From positions 110,360,001-110,424,000 of the forward strand of contig JANJGN010000010.1 in assembly GCA_026770705.1 (NCBI GenBank): DNA of 64,000 nucleotides, given 5' to 3'. This document shows positions 12,915 to 26,900 of the stretch, in pieces. The DNA is from Isurus oxyrinchus. Taxonomy: Eukaryota. A program made the position numbers and the translations under genes. A model generated the notes under the pieces. It had not been told where the DNA came from. It searched no databases and was given only the letters and a program-made list of their open reading frames with translations. Numbering within the stretch: the first letter of the stretch is position 1; each line of letters begins with the position of its first letter.

Positions 12915-13600
12915 GTGACTCAGTTGTTAGTACTTGCACTCAATTCAGGATGTGGTAGGTTCAAGTCCCATTGCTGGACTTGAGCACAAAATCTAGGCTG
13001 ACAGTGCAACACTAAGAGAGTGTTGCACTGTCAGAGGTACAGTCTTTCAGATGAGACATTAGATTGAGGCCGTCTCAGGTGAAAATAAAAGTTCCCATGA
13101 CACTATTTCAAAGGACAGCAGGCGAATTATCCCAGCTGTGAATATAATAACTTTATATGCATTATTTAAAATTTTGTTTAAATTTTCTATGTTTATAGAA
13201 GTTTCAGCACAAGTTTCCGAATGGACCGCATTTACAGAATAGGAATTACATCTTTACTGAAGTAAAGGAGGTATTTCTTAACAACATTGAAATACTTATA
13301 TATACATGCAAAGCACAATAGGAGTGCTGTAAAATTTATAGCATTAGTTATTTATCCAAGGATATTGGACTGTATTTAAATTGTATCGTGTTTAATATAA
13401 ACTGCATTTATCACTCAACGAATGTTAAAACAGATTATCTGGTCATTTTCATATATAATGCGAGCTTGCTGTGCATAAATTAGATGTTGTACCTTCTATA
13501 TTGCAGCAGTGGATACACTTCGGAAGTACTTCATGGGCTGTAAAGTGCTTTGAACATTGTGAGGTCATGAACAGGACTATATAAATGAGAGTCTTTTTTA
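12915..13600 (+). mobile_element. tRNA-headed Deu-domain-type SINE with L2-like tail, interrupted at about 13135-13410
   Basis: B-box 'ggttcaagtcc', Deu-like core 'ctttcagatgagacattagattgaggc...cccatgacactattt', tail 'ggctgtaaagtgcttt...tatataaatg'. Confidence 0.7.
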
Positions 13601-14062
13601 GCTGACGCAATACTGAGGGAACACTGAGGGACCTTGTCTGATCTCAGGTGGATGCAATAGATCCATGGCATAACTTTGAAGAAGAGCAGAGAAATTCTCC
13701 CTGGTGTCCTGGCCAATACTTATCCCTCAATCAACATCATTAAAACAGGTGTTTAACATAACCTGTTTTTCAATTCTCTCTCTCTGGAAATGAACACCTG
13801 TGCTTCTTTACGTTTGCACAGGATTACAGAATTTTAAATATGGCCTTACTAACCTACATTGCTACTTTAATGATTTACTGAAAACAGATTAGTGTTTAGT
13901 CATTACCACATTGCTGTTGCAGCAGTTTTCTCTGCACAAATTGGCTGCTGCATTGCCTATGTTACTACAGTGACTACACTTCAGAAGTACTTCATTGGAT
14001 GTAAAGCACTTTGGGACTTTATGAGGTTGAGACAGACACTATATAAATGCAAGTCTCTCTTT
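13601..14062 (+). mobile_element. Second, 5'-truncated Deu-type SINE, interrupted at about 13750-13880
   Basis: 'gatccatggcataactttgaagaagagcagagaaattctccctggtgtcctggccaatact' and tail 'tgtaaagcactttgggac...tatataaatgcaagtct'. Confidence 0.7.
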
Positions 14063-16943
14063 CACATTCCTGAACAGCCCTAAGTCGAGTGACGAGCAAT
14101 CATTTTGCCACCTCCAACCTGTCTTTGGCCCAACTTTTATTTTATCAATGCAAGCTTTTCTGCACTCTCCTTTCCACAGATGCAAACAGGCCACCATACA
14201 CGCCGTTCTATACTGCATTGAAATCAAGGCCAGAAATTACAGAACTCACGACCTCCCTCAGCATTTTCTCCTTCTAATAATGTATAGACTTTAAAACCCA
14301 AGCCTGGCATCACCTAATCACACCCCTCAGCATTCTTCCTACTCTTTTCAAACTTGGTCTTTCCCTACATATGGTCTTGATGAACCTAGAGTTTTCCAAT
14401 TTAAATAAATGCTTTTGTGGTGTATCTTACTACTTCCCCAATGTTTACTTTTTTGACAAAATCCAACAGTACCACAATTTCTGACCCCATCAATTAATTG
14501 ATGGGAAACTGGAGGCTAAGTCACCAAAAGAAATGTTTAAATTGGGACAATACACTTCAAATACTGGAGGCCTAGTTATCCATCACTTTGACAGTGAATT
14601 ATGTTTGGGGGTTACAAGGTAAAAGTTACAGTAGACCACAAGGAGAACAACATGGATGTAGCTCAGGCAGTAATAAAACTGATCTGTATCAGATCTAGAA
14701 ATAGATTTGCTGCATGAAGTATAATTGAACATGCAGCCAGGAGTACAGACTATGGATTTATTTACAAAGTTTGGCAAGCCAATAAACATAGTCAAAGCCA
14801 AATTGCTATCAGCCGGAATTAATTCTGCATCACACTGAGATGGTAGACATTCAATTTCTAGATGTGGAGTAAATACATTGTAAAATGTTAATAAGATGAA
14901 CTAATCTATTGCGAGAATAAAAATCTACTTTCTGAGTAACTTATGATCCTCCCTCACCCCAACTGAGCTTTTTGCCTGGTCCTGAGTATGAAGGCAAGTG
15001 GCCTCCTCAAAGGTATTAAGGAAACATACCCTCCTATACCATGATCCAGAGCTTTGAGGCAGACCTCTCAACAAAAAAACCCTGCACCAAAGGATGTATC
15101 GTGTAAAACCATCTCTGGGGCACCCCCAAGCAACCCATGATTGCAAGCAAAGCAATTGCATGCAGATAAAACAAATCACCACAGTGCTTTATTCCATGTG
15201 CCTCCAAAAGCAAGGTCATATTACAAAACTGCACTTCAGAGCTTGTGTTGAATCAAGTGACACCTTCATGTCAAAACCCATCATTTACTGTTCTAACCCT
15301 TTTAGTCTTAACACAAAGAAACCTCTGCGCATTTGTGCCTGAAACAAACATTATTTAAAACCATTCACAGTGAATGAAAACACCCGCACTATCCAGCAAA
15401 TCTCTCACTTTATCAGATATGTCCAAAAATTGTTAATGACTTTATTTGATGCAGTAATTTTATTTGATGCAGCCATTTTAGTAATTGTCTTGGTCTAGAA
15501 GAGGTCAGCATTTAATTAATGCAAACACAATGCTGTAATCTCAAAGAGTGCCAGAATAGAACTTAACTGAGGCGGAGAGTGTGTATGATCACCTCATTCT
15601 GTGCCAAAGTTGACAGGGATCATTTTTTTTGTCAGTAAACAATTCTGCCTCAACAATCAAAACTCTTAACACACTGATGGCAAAATTCAAATTGCTTCCA
15701 TTAGTGAGAATTGAAACAGCAAACAGTCTTTTACCACAAGAGTCTTAACTATTACAGGATCGGATATTAGCAAAAATATGCTGCCTTCATACATCTTTAA
15801 CTTACTGATCACAGGCCAATTCACACTAAGCTGCTGAGGCTCTAGTTATGATTTTCATGCTTGGGGAATCAAAAGCCCGAAAGAGCACAAGTAGCCCAGC
15901 GGCGAGGGGATTGGGACTCCGGGGTGGGAACTTGAGGAATAGGAAACCCAGGGAGGCAATGGGAAGCCCGAGGGGGAGGGGTGGGGTAGTGAGGAACAGG
16001 AAGCCCAGGGAGTCATAGGGAGTGAGAAGTCCAGGGGATTGTGAGGGAATGTGAAGCTTTGTGACATATATCTGAAAAATTTGAATTTTTGTTTTACTTC
16101 AACCACAAATGATTTGTAGTATAGTTTGGGTCAATACTACAATTCACAAAGTGTAAACAATACTACAGCAACTACACTGCAGTGTTATGCAGGTACTGCA
16201 GATAATATATAAATAAAATGCAATGTGGAGAAGGAGAGGTATAAAGAGTAGGTATGTGAAATAAAATATTTCAGCAATACAAAAAACAAAACCTGAGTGA
16301 CAGGTGGACTGAATGGCACTTGAACCAACACCTATTAAATTGATTTAACTTTGGTTTGTGATGGGAAACACACTCTGTGCTGACCAAAAAGACACTTATG
16401 ACAACAATCCCTGAATCTGGAATTCTTTTAAGTAGAATAAATTAAAGACAGATCAATGGGGAGAATTAAAAATGCTTGCTCATTGGATTTATTGCCAGAT
16501 TGTAGGAACTAAAAATTTAGACGCAAAGCCTTCACGGCCAGGTCCAGTTAGATGAAATGACAGGCTGCAGCACCGAGTTGTCCCTCTTCACTGCTACTAG
16601 TCTGTCCTAAATATTAAACAGAAAGTGATTCATGTTCCTTGAATCAAAAAATTCTTGCTGAGTACTTTACAAGGTAGTACCCCTTTATACTGATTTAGAG
16701 ATTATATACCTCCTCAGTTGTTTTGAGAACTTGGCAGTTCAATTACAAAGTTATAGAGACAGCAGGCACAGTAAAATGTTCAGAGTGCAAGATTGATGGA
16801 GAGTGCATGGATTGTATTTTTCCTCCCGATTAGTTGATTGGCTGTTAGTGTTATTAAGTCAACATAGAGCAGTCAAGTCCCAATACTGCTCTGCATTTAA
16901 CAGCCAACACCAAAATCCATTGAGCAACGTTAAATATGTCTTA

Positions 16944-17495
16944 AACAAAAACAGAATTACCTGGAAAAACTCAGTAGGTCTGGCAGCATCGGCGGAGGAG
17001 AAAAGAGTTGACGTTTCGAGTCCTCATGACCCTTCGACAGAACTTGATTTCGAGTCCAGGAAAGAGTTGAAATATAAGCTGGTTTAAGGTGTGTGGGGGG
17101 GGGGGGGGGGGAAGGAGAGAGAGAGAGAGACAGAGGTGCTTGTGTAGACAAACAAGCAGTGATAGAAGCAGATCATCAAAAGATGTCAGTAACAATGGTA
17201 CCAAAGAACACATAGGTGTTAAAGTTAAAGTTGGTGATATTATCTAAACGAATGTGCTAATTAAGAATGGATGGTAGGGCACTCAAGGTACAGCTCTAGT
17301 GGGGGTGGGGGGAGCATAAAGGATTTTAAAATATTTAAAAATAATGGAAATAGGTGGGAAAAGAAAAATCTATAAAATTTATAGGGAAAAAAGGGGGAAA
17401 CAGAAAGGGGGTGGGGATGGGGGAGGGAGCTCACGACCTAAAGTTATTGAATTCAATATTCAGACCGGAAGGCTGTAAGGTGCCTAGTCGGAAGA
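16944..17495 (-). mobile_element. Penelope 3' fragment (end of GIY-YIG + terminal repeat), probably young
   Basis: Minus strand encodes 'FRLGTLQPSGLNIEFNNFR'. CpGs are retained; G17 run at 17095-17111; hammerhead-like motif at 17006-17044. Confidence 0.85.
17006..17044 (-). ncRNA. Minimal type I hammerhead-ribozyme-like motif (Penelope type); activity untested
   Basis: Minus strand reads AGUU-CUGUCGA-A-GGGUC-AUGAG-GACUC-GAAA-CG-UC-AACU: stem I AGUU/AACU, 5-bp stem II, palindromic ACGU in place of stem III; core position 6 is U instead of A. Confidence 0.6.
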
Positions 17496-17842
17496 GAGGG
17501 GAGTTAAATATGTCTTGCTATTTGACAGTAAACTCAGCTTAGTGCTAGTATTCTCACATCTGAGAAGTTTGTGTAAATTTAAGCCTCCTATCTGCCTGTG
17601 TAGGGAGCCCTCTCATTGTCCTGGCCAAAATTTCTACTTCAATATCAACAAAAAAAACAGACTGACTCATCATTCAGCTCATCTGCTGCTCATGCAAAAT
17701 GGGGGAATGCAAAATTGGCTAGCAGATTTACCCAAGAAAAGTCATTGGGTATGAAGTTGTACATCTCTCTTGCTCTACAATCTGGAATTTTCTTGTGGTT
17801 TTTTTGGCTACCCCCCATGTTCTTTCTTCCTGGTGCAATGCT

Positions 17843-18128
17843 TTTACCATCTAGAACTACAAGAGCAGCAAGCACAGGGGAACACCACCACCTTCAGGTT
17901 CCCCTCCAAGTCACACACCGTTTTGATTTGGAAATATATCGCCTTTCCTTCACCGTCACTGGGTCAAAATCCAGGATCTCCCTTCCCTAACAGCACTGTA
18001 GGTGTACCTACACCAGATGGACTACAGTTCAAGGCTACAGCTCACCATCACCTTCTCAAGGGCATTTAGGGATGGGCAATGAATGCTGACCTAGTCAGTG
18101 ACGCTCACATCCCATGAATGAATAAAAA
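17843..18128 (+). mobile_element. Family-2 LINE 3' end
   Basis: Same tail as 3070-3353, ending 'catcccatgaatgaataaaaa'. Confidence 0.8.
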
Positions 18129-19324
18129 TAATGATTAATTTGGGACCTCACATGTGCTAAGTGTAGCATACTTGGAAGGAACAGACAACTTTGGACCTAA
18201 GATTCCCAAAGCTTTCCACCACTGTTTTTTCTAGGTCTGGTCAAGGCTAATTGATAGAGATCGATTGCTATGATTAGTGAACAAATCCATTATTACATCA
18301 TGCAACTGCCTCAACAGTACAGTGTGAACTAAATGCGCACTTATTTTAGTCCAGCAATTTCTATGTTCCCATGATTCTAATCCCCGTTTCTGCACTGGGG
18401 AACGGCAGCAATAATACCAAACATTTGGAGTATAAATGAGTTGGATAATAAGGTGCTGGTACTATGATCAGAGTTACTTCTCAGTATTTTTTTAGTTTGT
18501 GTTCGCTGCAAAATTAACAAGCAGGATGTCACATTTCCTATGAACCAAAATTTGACCACAAGTACTAAGTATTAGGAATAGCATTGGAGAGGACGAAAAA
18601 TGCGCTCTGAGTCTCAATTTGTCATGAAAAAGCACCATGGAGGCAGACTATACAGCTCAGGAAAAGACTTGTTTATTTAGAAAGTAGAAAAATAAAAAAC
18701 TGTAACAATCCTTTAAAAAAATCCCTTAATTTCACTTATGTTGAATGTTCTTTTCTGAACCAGAATAGCAAAACATCTTTTAAAGTACTTTTGAAGGTAA
18801 ATGCACACTATTCTGCTGACAAAGTTTTGCCTCTTTGGCAATGGTGACCTGTATATGTAATAGAATTGCATCAGCTGAACTAGAGAGAGCTGGTCACAGA
18901 GTTGTCAATCAAGATCAATTTCAATGCTGTTGAGGTAGCCTCTAAAGTAACCATCTAACCATCACAAGCTACTGGAACCCTTTCAAGACGAAGCAAAACA
19001 GATTCTTGCTAGGACGTTTGGCAAGACCATTGTTAAAGAGAACGGCTTTGTTGCTTCCAACAAAGCAGGAACTGACTGACGAGAGATTGCAGATGCGCCC
19101 AAGGCTTGGAATAATTGGAAATACAATGGACTAACTATAGAGAATAAACAGCCTGATGATCCATATCAAAAAACTTCTACCATTTGGTTGGTGTTTTGCA
19201 TTTTCTGACATCTGTTCGGCAAACTAAAAGCACAGTCCTTAAATAACTGTGTGTCAGTAAAGTACAAATTAACCCATCAATTGTTCTTTAAATCATGAAC
19301 AATTTGATCAGCTATGGCTACAGG

Positions 19325-19615
19325 ATCATAGATTTTTTATAACACAGAAAAAGGCCAATTGACTAGCATTCCTGTGCCTGCTCTCCAATTAAACCCACTC
19401 CTCAATTTTTTTCTTTTTCAAGCAAATATCCAATACCATTTTCAAAGTGATTACTGAATCTGTTTCCATGATCTTGTCAGGCAGTGCATTCCAGATCATA
19501 ACTCTATGCTCAAAAAAAAACACATTTGCTCCCAGGCTATTTTCTCAATTTTCTTACATCTGTATGCTGTGGAGACTGACCACCCCCAACCAATAGGAAC
19601 AGTTTCTCCCTATGT
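19325..19615 (-). mobile_element. Old CR1 3' end
   Basis: 'atcataga...acacagaaaaaggcc...caggcagtgcattccagatcata' is the reverse complement of a CR1 3' end. Confidence 0.6.
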
Positions 19616-20999
19616 TCAAAGGAGTTGCGTGGAAATCCAAATCAGCTGTGGATTTCTGATATAATTTATCATTGTGATGGAGCAGCGTGTTCTCACACAC
19701 ATACAGGAAATAAAACTATAGCAAGCCCCGACCAGCAATCAGATCACACAAGCCAATGTAGATTTTGCCGGGTTGACCAAGTTAAAATTTTAAATAGAAC
19801 GATAGGACATAGAATTTATGACTTGAAACTCACTGAACCCTGGATCCGTTATCATATGCATACAATAAAAACACATTTAATTACTTTAGCAATTTATCAT
19901 TTTGTTTGTTTTGCACAATTGCACCAGCATGCTGCATTTACCAAAATTAAAAGTGCCAACACTTGTTAAACGTTGTGAGGTGTCCTGATGTTGTTAAAAG
20001 TCTTTCTGTGCTGTTTCTTAGCACAGGGTTGTAGATGTAGAATGATTTATAATTCACTGTAATCATTCTAACAGTTCCCAATTTTCATGATGGCAGATTG
20101 ATTAGAGACACCTTTCATTCCACAAGAAGTTTATACATAAGGAACACTTTCAGCTCTGTTTATTGTAACAGTAGTAATGAAGCTTAACACTTTTCCCTGG
20201 TATTTACTGTCCAAATACGTGTCTATGAGATCACCTTCCAAGATGCCTTCCTTTCCAACTGATAACTCAGACCCAATACTAGGAGATCAGTTTCAGCTCT
20301 TCAAATGCATTATCTCCACTTCCTCAATGTCTTCTTTGTTTCTTGAGACATAGTACAAAAGATACAGTTAGATTATGACTTGTGTCTTGGATTTGTCCCC
20401 TGCACTGTTCCGGCAATAACCATGACAGCTGCCAACTGGTAGTCATTAGGAATTCTTTACAGGTGACAATGGGTCATTCTGGTATATTCTAAGGGATACG
20501 GTTAGTAAAATTAGTCAACTGTTGTTGTGGGTATTTTGGAGTAATTTTTCTTCCAAATGGTTTAAGTTTGCAGAGCTTTTAAAGCTATTAAAACTAAATT
20601 AGGACTTCAAATTCCAGACAGGTACTGCTAACTTTTCAGATTATGAGCTCCATAAAACTACTGTAACTTGGGGGAAAAAATCTTCCAATCTTGTTACCCT
20701 TCTGGTCTTTAACCATCCATATTGTGAACAGTTCCATCTGCATTGGTGTGGTCCTTTCAAAAAAACCCACCCTTGACCCTATGGTCCTTAGGAACTAAAA
20801 TCCCAATCTCCATCATCCAAAGTAATCAAACAACAGTCATCACACAGAGCTGTTCCCACTTCTCCTGCAACTTTCCAAGCAAGCAGATTTGACATCACTT
20901 TCCAAAATCTCAACTTCTACCACCTAGAAAGGCAAGGGAAGCAGGCACATAGGATCACCACCACCTTCAAGTTCCCCAAGTCACATGCCATCCCAAACT

Positions 21000-23900
21000 G
21001 GTGAGAGGGGAGTTTGGGGAAGGAGTTGTTCATTGCATCTTTCTATCGTTCTCACCTCATAGAAATTGGTACTTGCTCTACTATGGGGAAAGGAGCTAGC
21101 TGTTTGGCGAGTATCTGGTAATTTGTTAAGTTCCATTCTATCCCTAAGGTTTAAAATAGTCCAGTGGTAAAGTTAATAAAATATGGCAGGACAGGTTTCG
21201 TGTCAAGGCTGCAGCATGTGGGGCCTCCTGGAAAACATTGTGATCCAGGGTCACTACGTCTGCACTAAGTGTTTGCGGCTTGAGGAATTTCAGCTCAGTC
21301 ATTGAGCTGGAGGCTGAGCTGCAGACTCTGTGACACCATAAGACCATAACGTGTAGGAGCAGAAGTAGGCCATTCGGCCCATCGAGTCTGCTCCGCCATT
21401 CAATGAGATCATGGCTGATTTGATAATCCTCAATTCCACTTTCCTGCCCTTTCCCAATAACCTTTGATTCTCTTACTGATTAAAAATCTATCTCAGCCTT
21501 TAATATACCTAATGACCCAGCCTCCATGGTAATGAGTTTTCAGACCCTCAGAAGAAATTCCTCCTCATCTCTGTTTTAAATGGGCACCCCCTTACTCTGA
21601 GATTATGCCCTCTGGTCCTAGGCTCTCCCACAAAGGGAAGCAACCTCTCAGCATCTGCCCTGTCAAGCCCCCTAAGAATCTTATATGTTTCTATAAGGTT
21701 GCTATAACTCTTCTAAACTCCAATGAATTCAGGCCCGGCCTACTCAGCCTTTCCTCATAAGAAAATCCCTCCATACCTGGGATCAACCTAGTAAGCCTTC
21801 TCCGGAATGCCTCCAATGCTAGTATATCTTACCTCGGATAAGGGAGCCAAAACTGTTCACAGTATTCTAGATGTGGTCCAACTCGTGCCTTGTATAGTTT
21901 TAGTAAGACTTCCCTATTTTTATACTCCGTTCCCTTTGAAATAAAGGCCAACATTCTATTTGCCTTCCCTATTACCTGAACTTGCATGCTAGCTTTTTGT
22001 GATTCATGCACGAGGACCCCCAAATCCCACAGTGCTGCAGCTTTCCACAGTCTTTCTCCACTTAAATAATATCTAGCTCCTCTATTCTTCCTGCCAAAGT
22101 GCATGCCTCACATTTTCCCACATTATATTCCACTGCCAAGTTTTTGCCCACTCACTTAACCTGTCTGTACCCCTCTGTAGACTCTTTGTCATCCTCATCA
22201 CTTGCCTTCCCACCTATTTCTGTGTCACAAACTTGGCGATAGTATATTCACTTCCCTCATCCAAGTCATTAAAATATATAGTAAATAATTGTGAAATAAT
22301 AGTAAAGAACTGATCCCTGTAGCACTCCACTTGTTACAGGTTGCCATCCTGAAAATGCCCCCCTTATCCCAACCTTCTGTCTTCTCTTCATTAGCCAATT
22401 CTCTATCCATGCTAATATATTACCCCCAACACCATGGGCTCTTACCTTATTAAGCAGCCTTATGTACGGTACCTTATCGAGAGCCTTTTGGAAATCCAAA
22501 TATATTACATCTACTGGTTCCCCTTTATCTATCCTGCTTGTTACCTCCTCAGAGAATTCTAATAAATTTGTCAGGCATGATTTTCCCTTCATGGAGCCAT
22601 GCTGACTCTGCTTGATTATATTATGTATTTCTAAATGCTCTGCTATTACATCCTTTATAATAGACTCCAACATTTTCCCAATGACAGATGTTAAGCTAAC
22701 TCACCTATAGTTACCTGTTTTTTTGTCTCCCTCCTTTTTTGAATAAGGGTGTTACACTGGCAGTTTTCCAATCCTCTGGGACTTTTCCAGAATCTAAGGA
22801 TTCTTGGAAGAATACTACCTGTGGATCCACTATCTCTGTATCTACTTCCTTGAACATCCTAGGATGCAACTCATCAGGTCCAGGGGACTTATCGGCCTTT
22901 GGCCCCATTAGTTTCCCTAGTACATTTTCTCTTGTGATAGTTATTATATTTAATTCCTCTCAATCTTTTGCCCCTTGATTATTTAGTATTTTTGGAATGC
23001 TATTAGTGTCTTCTACCATGAAGACTGATGCAAAGTATTTATTCAACTCCTCTGCCATTTCCTGGTTCCCCATTATATTTTCCCCAGTCTCATTCTCTAA
23101 GAGGCCTATGTTCACTTTGGCCTCTTTTTTATATATTTAAAGAAGCTCTAACTGTCTGTCTTTATATTACTTGCTAGCTTACCCTCAAAATTTATTCTCT
23201 CTCTCTTTTTAATTGTTTTGGTCATCTTTTGTTGGTTTTTAAAACTTTCCTAATCCTCTGGCTTACCACTAATCTTTGTCATATTGCATGTTTTTCTTTC
23301 AATTTGAAACTATCCTTAACTTCTTTGGTTAACCATGGTTGGGTTATCTCCTTCCTAGAATCCTTATTCCTCACTGGGATATATATTTGTTGTGAATCAT
23401 AAACTATTTTCTTAAACGTCTGCCATTGTTCATCAACTGTCTTGTCATCAGGGAGGGGGAAAGCTAACTGGATGTTTTATTCCAGGAAGTAGTCACACCA
23501 CTTAGGTTAGGGTCTTCTGATTTGGTCAGTGGCCAGGGACAGGAGGTTGTGACTGCGAATGAGGCAGGTAAGGGGACCCAGAGCTCAGGGGTATGAGCCT
23601 CTGCAATTGTCCAATAGGTTTTACGTTCTCTCAGCTTGTTTGGATGAGAATGGGGGCTACAGGGTGAATGAGCAAACTGACTATGGCACTGTGGTACAGG
23701 AAGCCATCCAAGTGGGAGGAGCAAAAAGGAATGTAGTGGTAGTAAGGAACAGTGTAGTAAGGAGATTGACACGTTCTCTGTAGCGAAGAGCGAGAGTCCA
23801 GATGGCTTTATTGCCTGCCCAGTGCCAGGGTTTGGGACATCTGCTCAGGGCTGGAGAGGAACTCGCAGTGGGATAGGCAGGATGAGGAAGGAGGTTCTGC

Positions 23901-26900
23901 ATAGTCAGTATGACAAGCTAGGTGCCAAATTAAGCAGATCCTCAAAGGTAATAATTTCTGGATTATTACCTGAGCCACATGCAAATTGGCATAGGACAAA
24001 TAAGATTAGAGAAATTAATGCGTGGCTCAAAGACTGGTGTGGGAGAGTGGGTTCTGGTTCGTGGGGCACGGGCATCAGTACTGGGGAAAGTGGGATCTGC
24101 ACCATTGGGACTGTCTACACCTGAACCGTGTTGGGGCTAATGTCCCCACGAGCTGTCTAGCTAGGGAAGTAAAGAGGGTTTTAAACTGAATAGTTGTGGC
24201 AAGGGATAAAATTTGGGAAGATGTGGTAAACCAAAGAGTAGAGACAAGGCAAGAGAGACAGGTATTAATATGGGAAATGATAAATAGACTGTGACAGTAC
24301 GAGTCTAAGAATAGATCAGCAGATAAGGCTAGACCCTACAAAAATAATAAAAGGACAAAACTAAAGGCTCTGTATCTAAACACATGTAACATTCGAAACA
24401 AAAAGATGAACTGATAGTGCCAACAGAAATAAGTAAGTACAGTCTGATAGCTATTACAGAGGCATGGCTACAGGATGACAGATTGGAATTTGAATATTGA
24501 AGGGTATGTGGCATTTCGAAAGGACAGGAAGTTAGAAAAAGGTGGAGGGGTGACTCTGTTAATTAGCACATTACAGAGGGATGACTTAAGATCAGGAAAC
24601 CAGGATGTAGAAGTGCTTTGAGGAGTGATAAAGGCATGAAGTCACTTGTGGGAGTGGTGTACAAGCCCCCTAATTGTAACTACATGGTTGGACAGAGTAT
24701 AAAAGAGATAATGTGAGTTTGCCAGAAAGGCACGTCAATAAACATGGGGGATTTTAATCTACTATAGACTGGAAAAATCAGAAGGGCAATGGCAGTGTAG
24801 ATGAGGAGCTCATAGAATGTTTTCGGGCTAGTTTCTTAGAACAGCATGTTCTAGATTCAACCAGAGAACAGGATATACCAGGCCCGATATTGAGCAACGA
24901 CTTAGGATTAATTGATAAGCTCCGAGTGAAGGGACCCCTAGGTAGCAGTGATCATAATATGATTGAGTTTTACATTCATTTTGAGGGAGAAACGAGTGCA
25001 TCCAAAACTAGTATTTTAAATTTAAATAAGGACAATTATAAGGGTATGAAAGCAGAACTAACTAAAGTGAACTGGCAAATGACGTTAAGGGATACGTCAA
25101 TAGAAGTTCAGTGGAAGACATTTAAAGGGATATTTCAGAATCCACAGAATATATACATTCCAATGAGAAAGAAATATTCCATCTGTGGTTAACTAAAAAA
25201 GTTAAAGATAGTATCAAACTTAAAAGAAAAAGCATATAATTACGCAGATCGGAAGAGTGGAAAGAATATAAAGTTCAGCAACGAATGACAAAAAATTAAT
25301 AAGGAGGGAAAAATTATGAAAAAGTATGAAAGTTAGCTAGTAATGTAAAAGGTGAAAAGTAGGGGTTTCCACAGATATTTAAATAAAAGAGTTAACAAAA
25401 TGAGCGTTGGTCCTATAGAGTGTGCATCTGGAGAATTGATAAGGAAAATAGGGAGATGGTGGATGAATTAAACAGGTATTTTGCTTTGGTCTTCATTATA
25501 GGACACAAGTAACCTCCCTGAAATAGCTGTAAATCAGGAAATGGAAGGGAGGGAGGAACTCGGGAAAATTACAATCACCAGGGAAGTGGTATTGAGCAAA
25601 TTGTTGGGGCGGCGGGCTGACAAATCCCCAGGTCTGGATGGACTTCATCCTAAGGTCTTGAAAGAAGTGGCAAGTGAGATAGTTGATACACTGGGTTTAC
25701 TTTTCCAAAATTCTCTAGATTCAGGGAAGATTCTATTAGATTGCAAAATAGCAAAAGCAACTCCTTTATTCAAAAAAGGAGACAGACAGAAAGCAGCAAA
25801 CCATAGGCCCGTTAGCATAACGTCTGTCATACGGAAATGTTAGAAGTTGTTATTAAAGATGTTACAGCAGGGCACTTTGAAAAATTCAAGGCAATCAGGC
25901 AGGCAGAGTCAACATGGTTTTGTAAAAGGGAAATCATGTTTGACCAACTTATTGGAGTTCTTTGAAGAAGTAACATGTGCTATGGATAAAGGGGAACCGG
26001 TGGATGTACTGTACTTAGATTTCCAGAAGGCATTTGATAGAAGTGCCACATCAAAGGTTATTGCAGAAAATAAAAGCTCATGGTGTAAGGGATAACATAT
26101 TAGCATGGATAGAAGATTGGCTGTCCAACAGGAGGCAGAGAATTGGCATTAATGGGTCTTTTTCCGGTTAGCGGGATGTAGCAAGTGTTGTGCCACAGGG
26201 ATCAGTGCTGGCACCTCAACGTTTTACAATTTATATAAATGAGTTGGATGAAGGGACCAAAGGAATGGTTGCTAAATTTGCTGATGACACAAAATTAGGT
26301 GGGAAAGTAAGCAGCGAAGAGGATGTAAGGAGGCTACAAAGTGACATAGGTTAAGTGAGTCGGCAAAGATCTGGCAAATGGAGTATAATATAAGCAAATG
26401 TGTGAAATCATTCATTTTGGCGGGAAGAAAAAAAAGCATACTTTCTAAATGCTGAGAGATTGAGGAGCTCTGAGATTCAGGGGGATTCTGGGTGTCCTAT
26501 TGCATGAATCACAAAAGTTAGTACGCAGGCACTGAAGGTAATTCGGAAAGCTAATAGAATGTTATCATTTATTGTGAGTGGAATTGATTACAAAAGTAGG
26601 GAGGTTATGCTTCAGTTATACAGGGCACTGGTGAGGCCACATCTGGAGTACTGTGTACAGTACTAGTCTTTTTATTTAAAGGAGGATGTATATGCGTTAG
26701 AAACAGTTCAGAGGTTTACTAGACTCATATCTGGAATTGGTGGGTTGCCTTATGAGGAAAGGTTGGACATGCTAGGCTTGTATCCACTGGAATTTAGAAG
26801 AGTAAGAGGTGACTTAATTGAAACCTTTAAGATCCTGAGGGGTCTTGACAGGGTGGACGTGGAGAGGATTTTTTCTCTTGTGGGAGAATCTAGAACTAGG

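Noticed and set aside
15855-16060. G-rich segment and 83-aa Pro/Ser-rich ORF
   Set aside because: Degenerate low-complexity repeat of 'ggaagcccaggga'-like units with no coding evidence.
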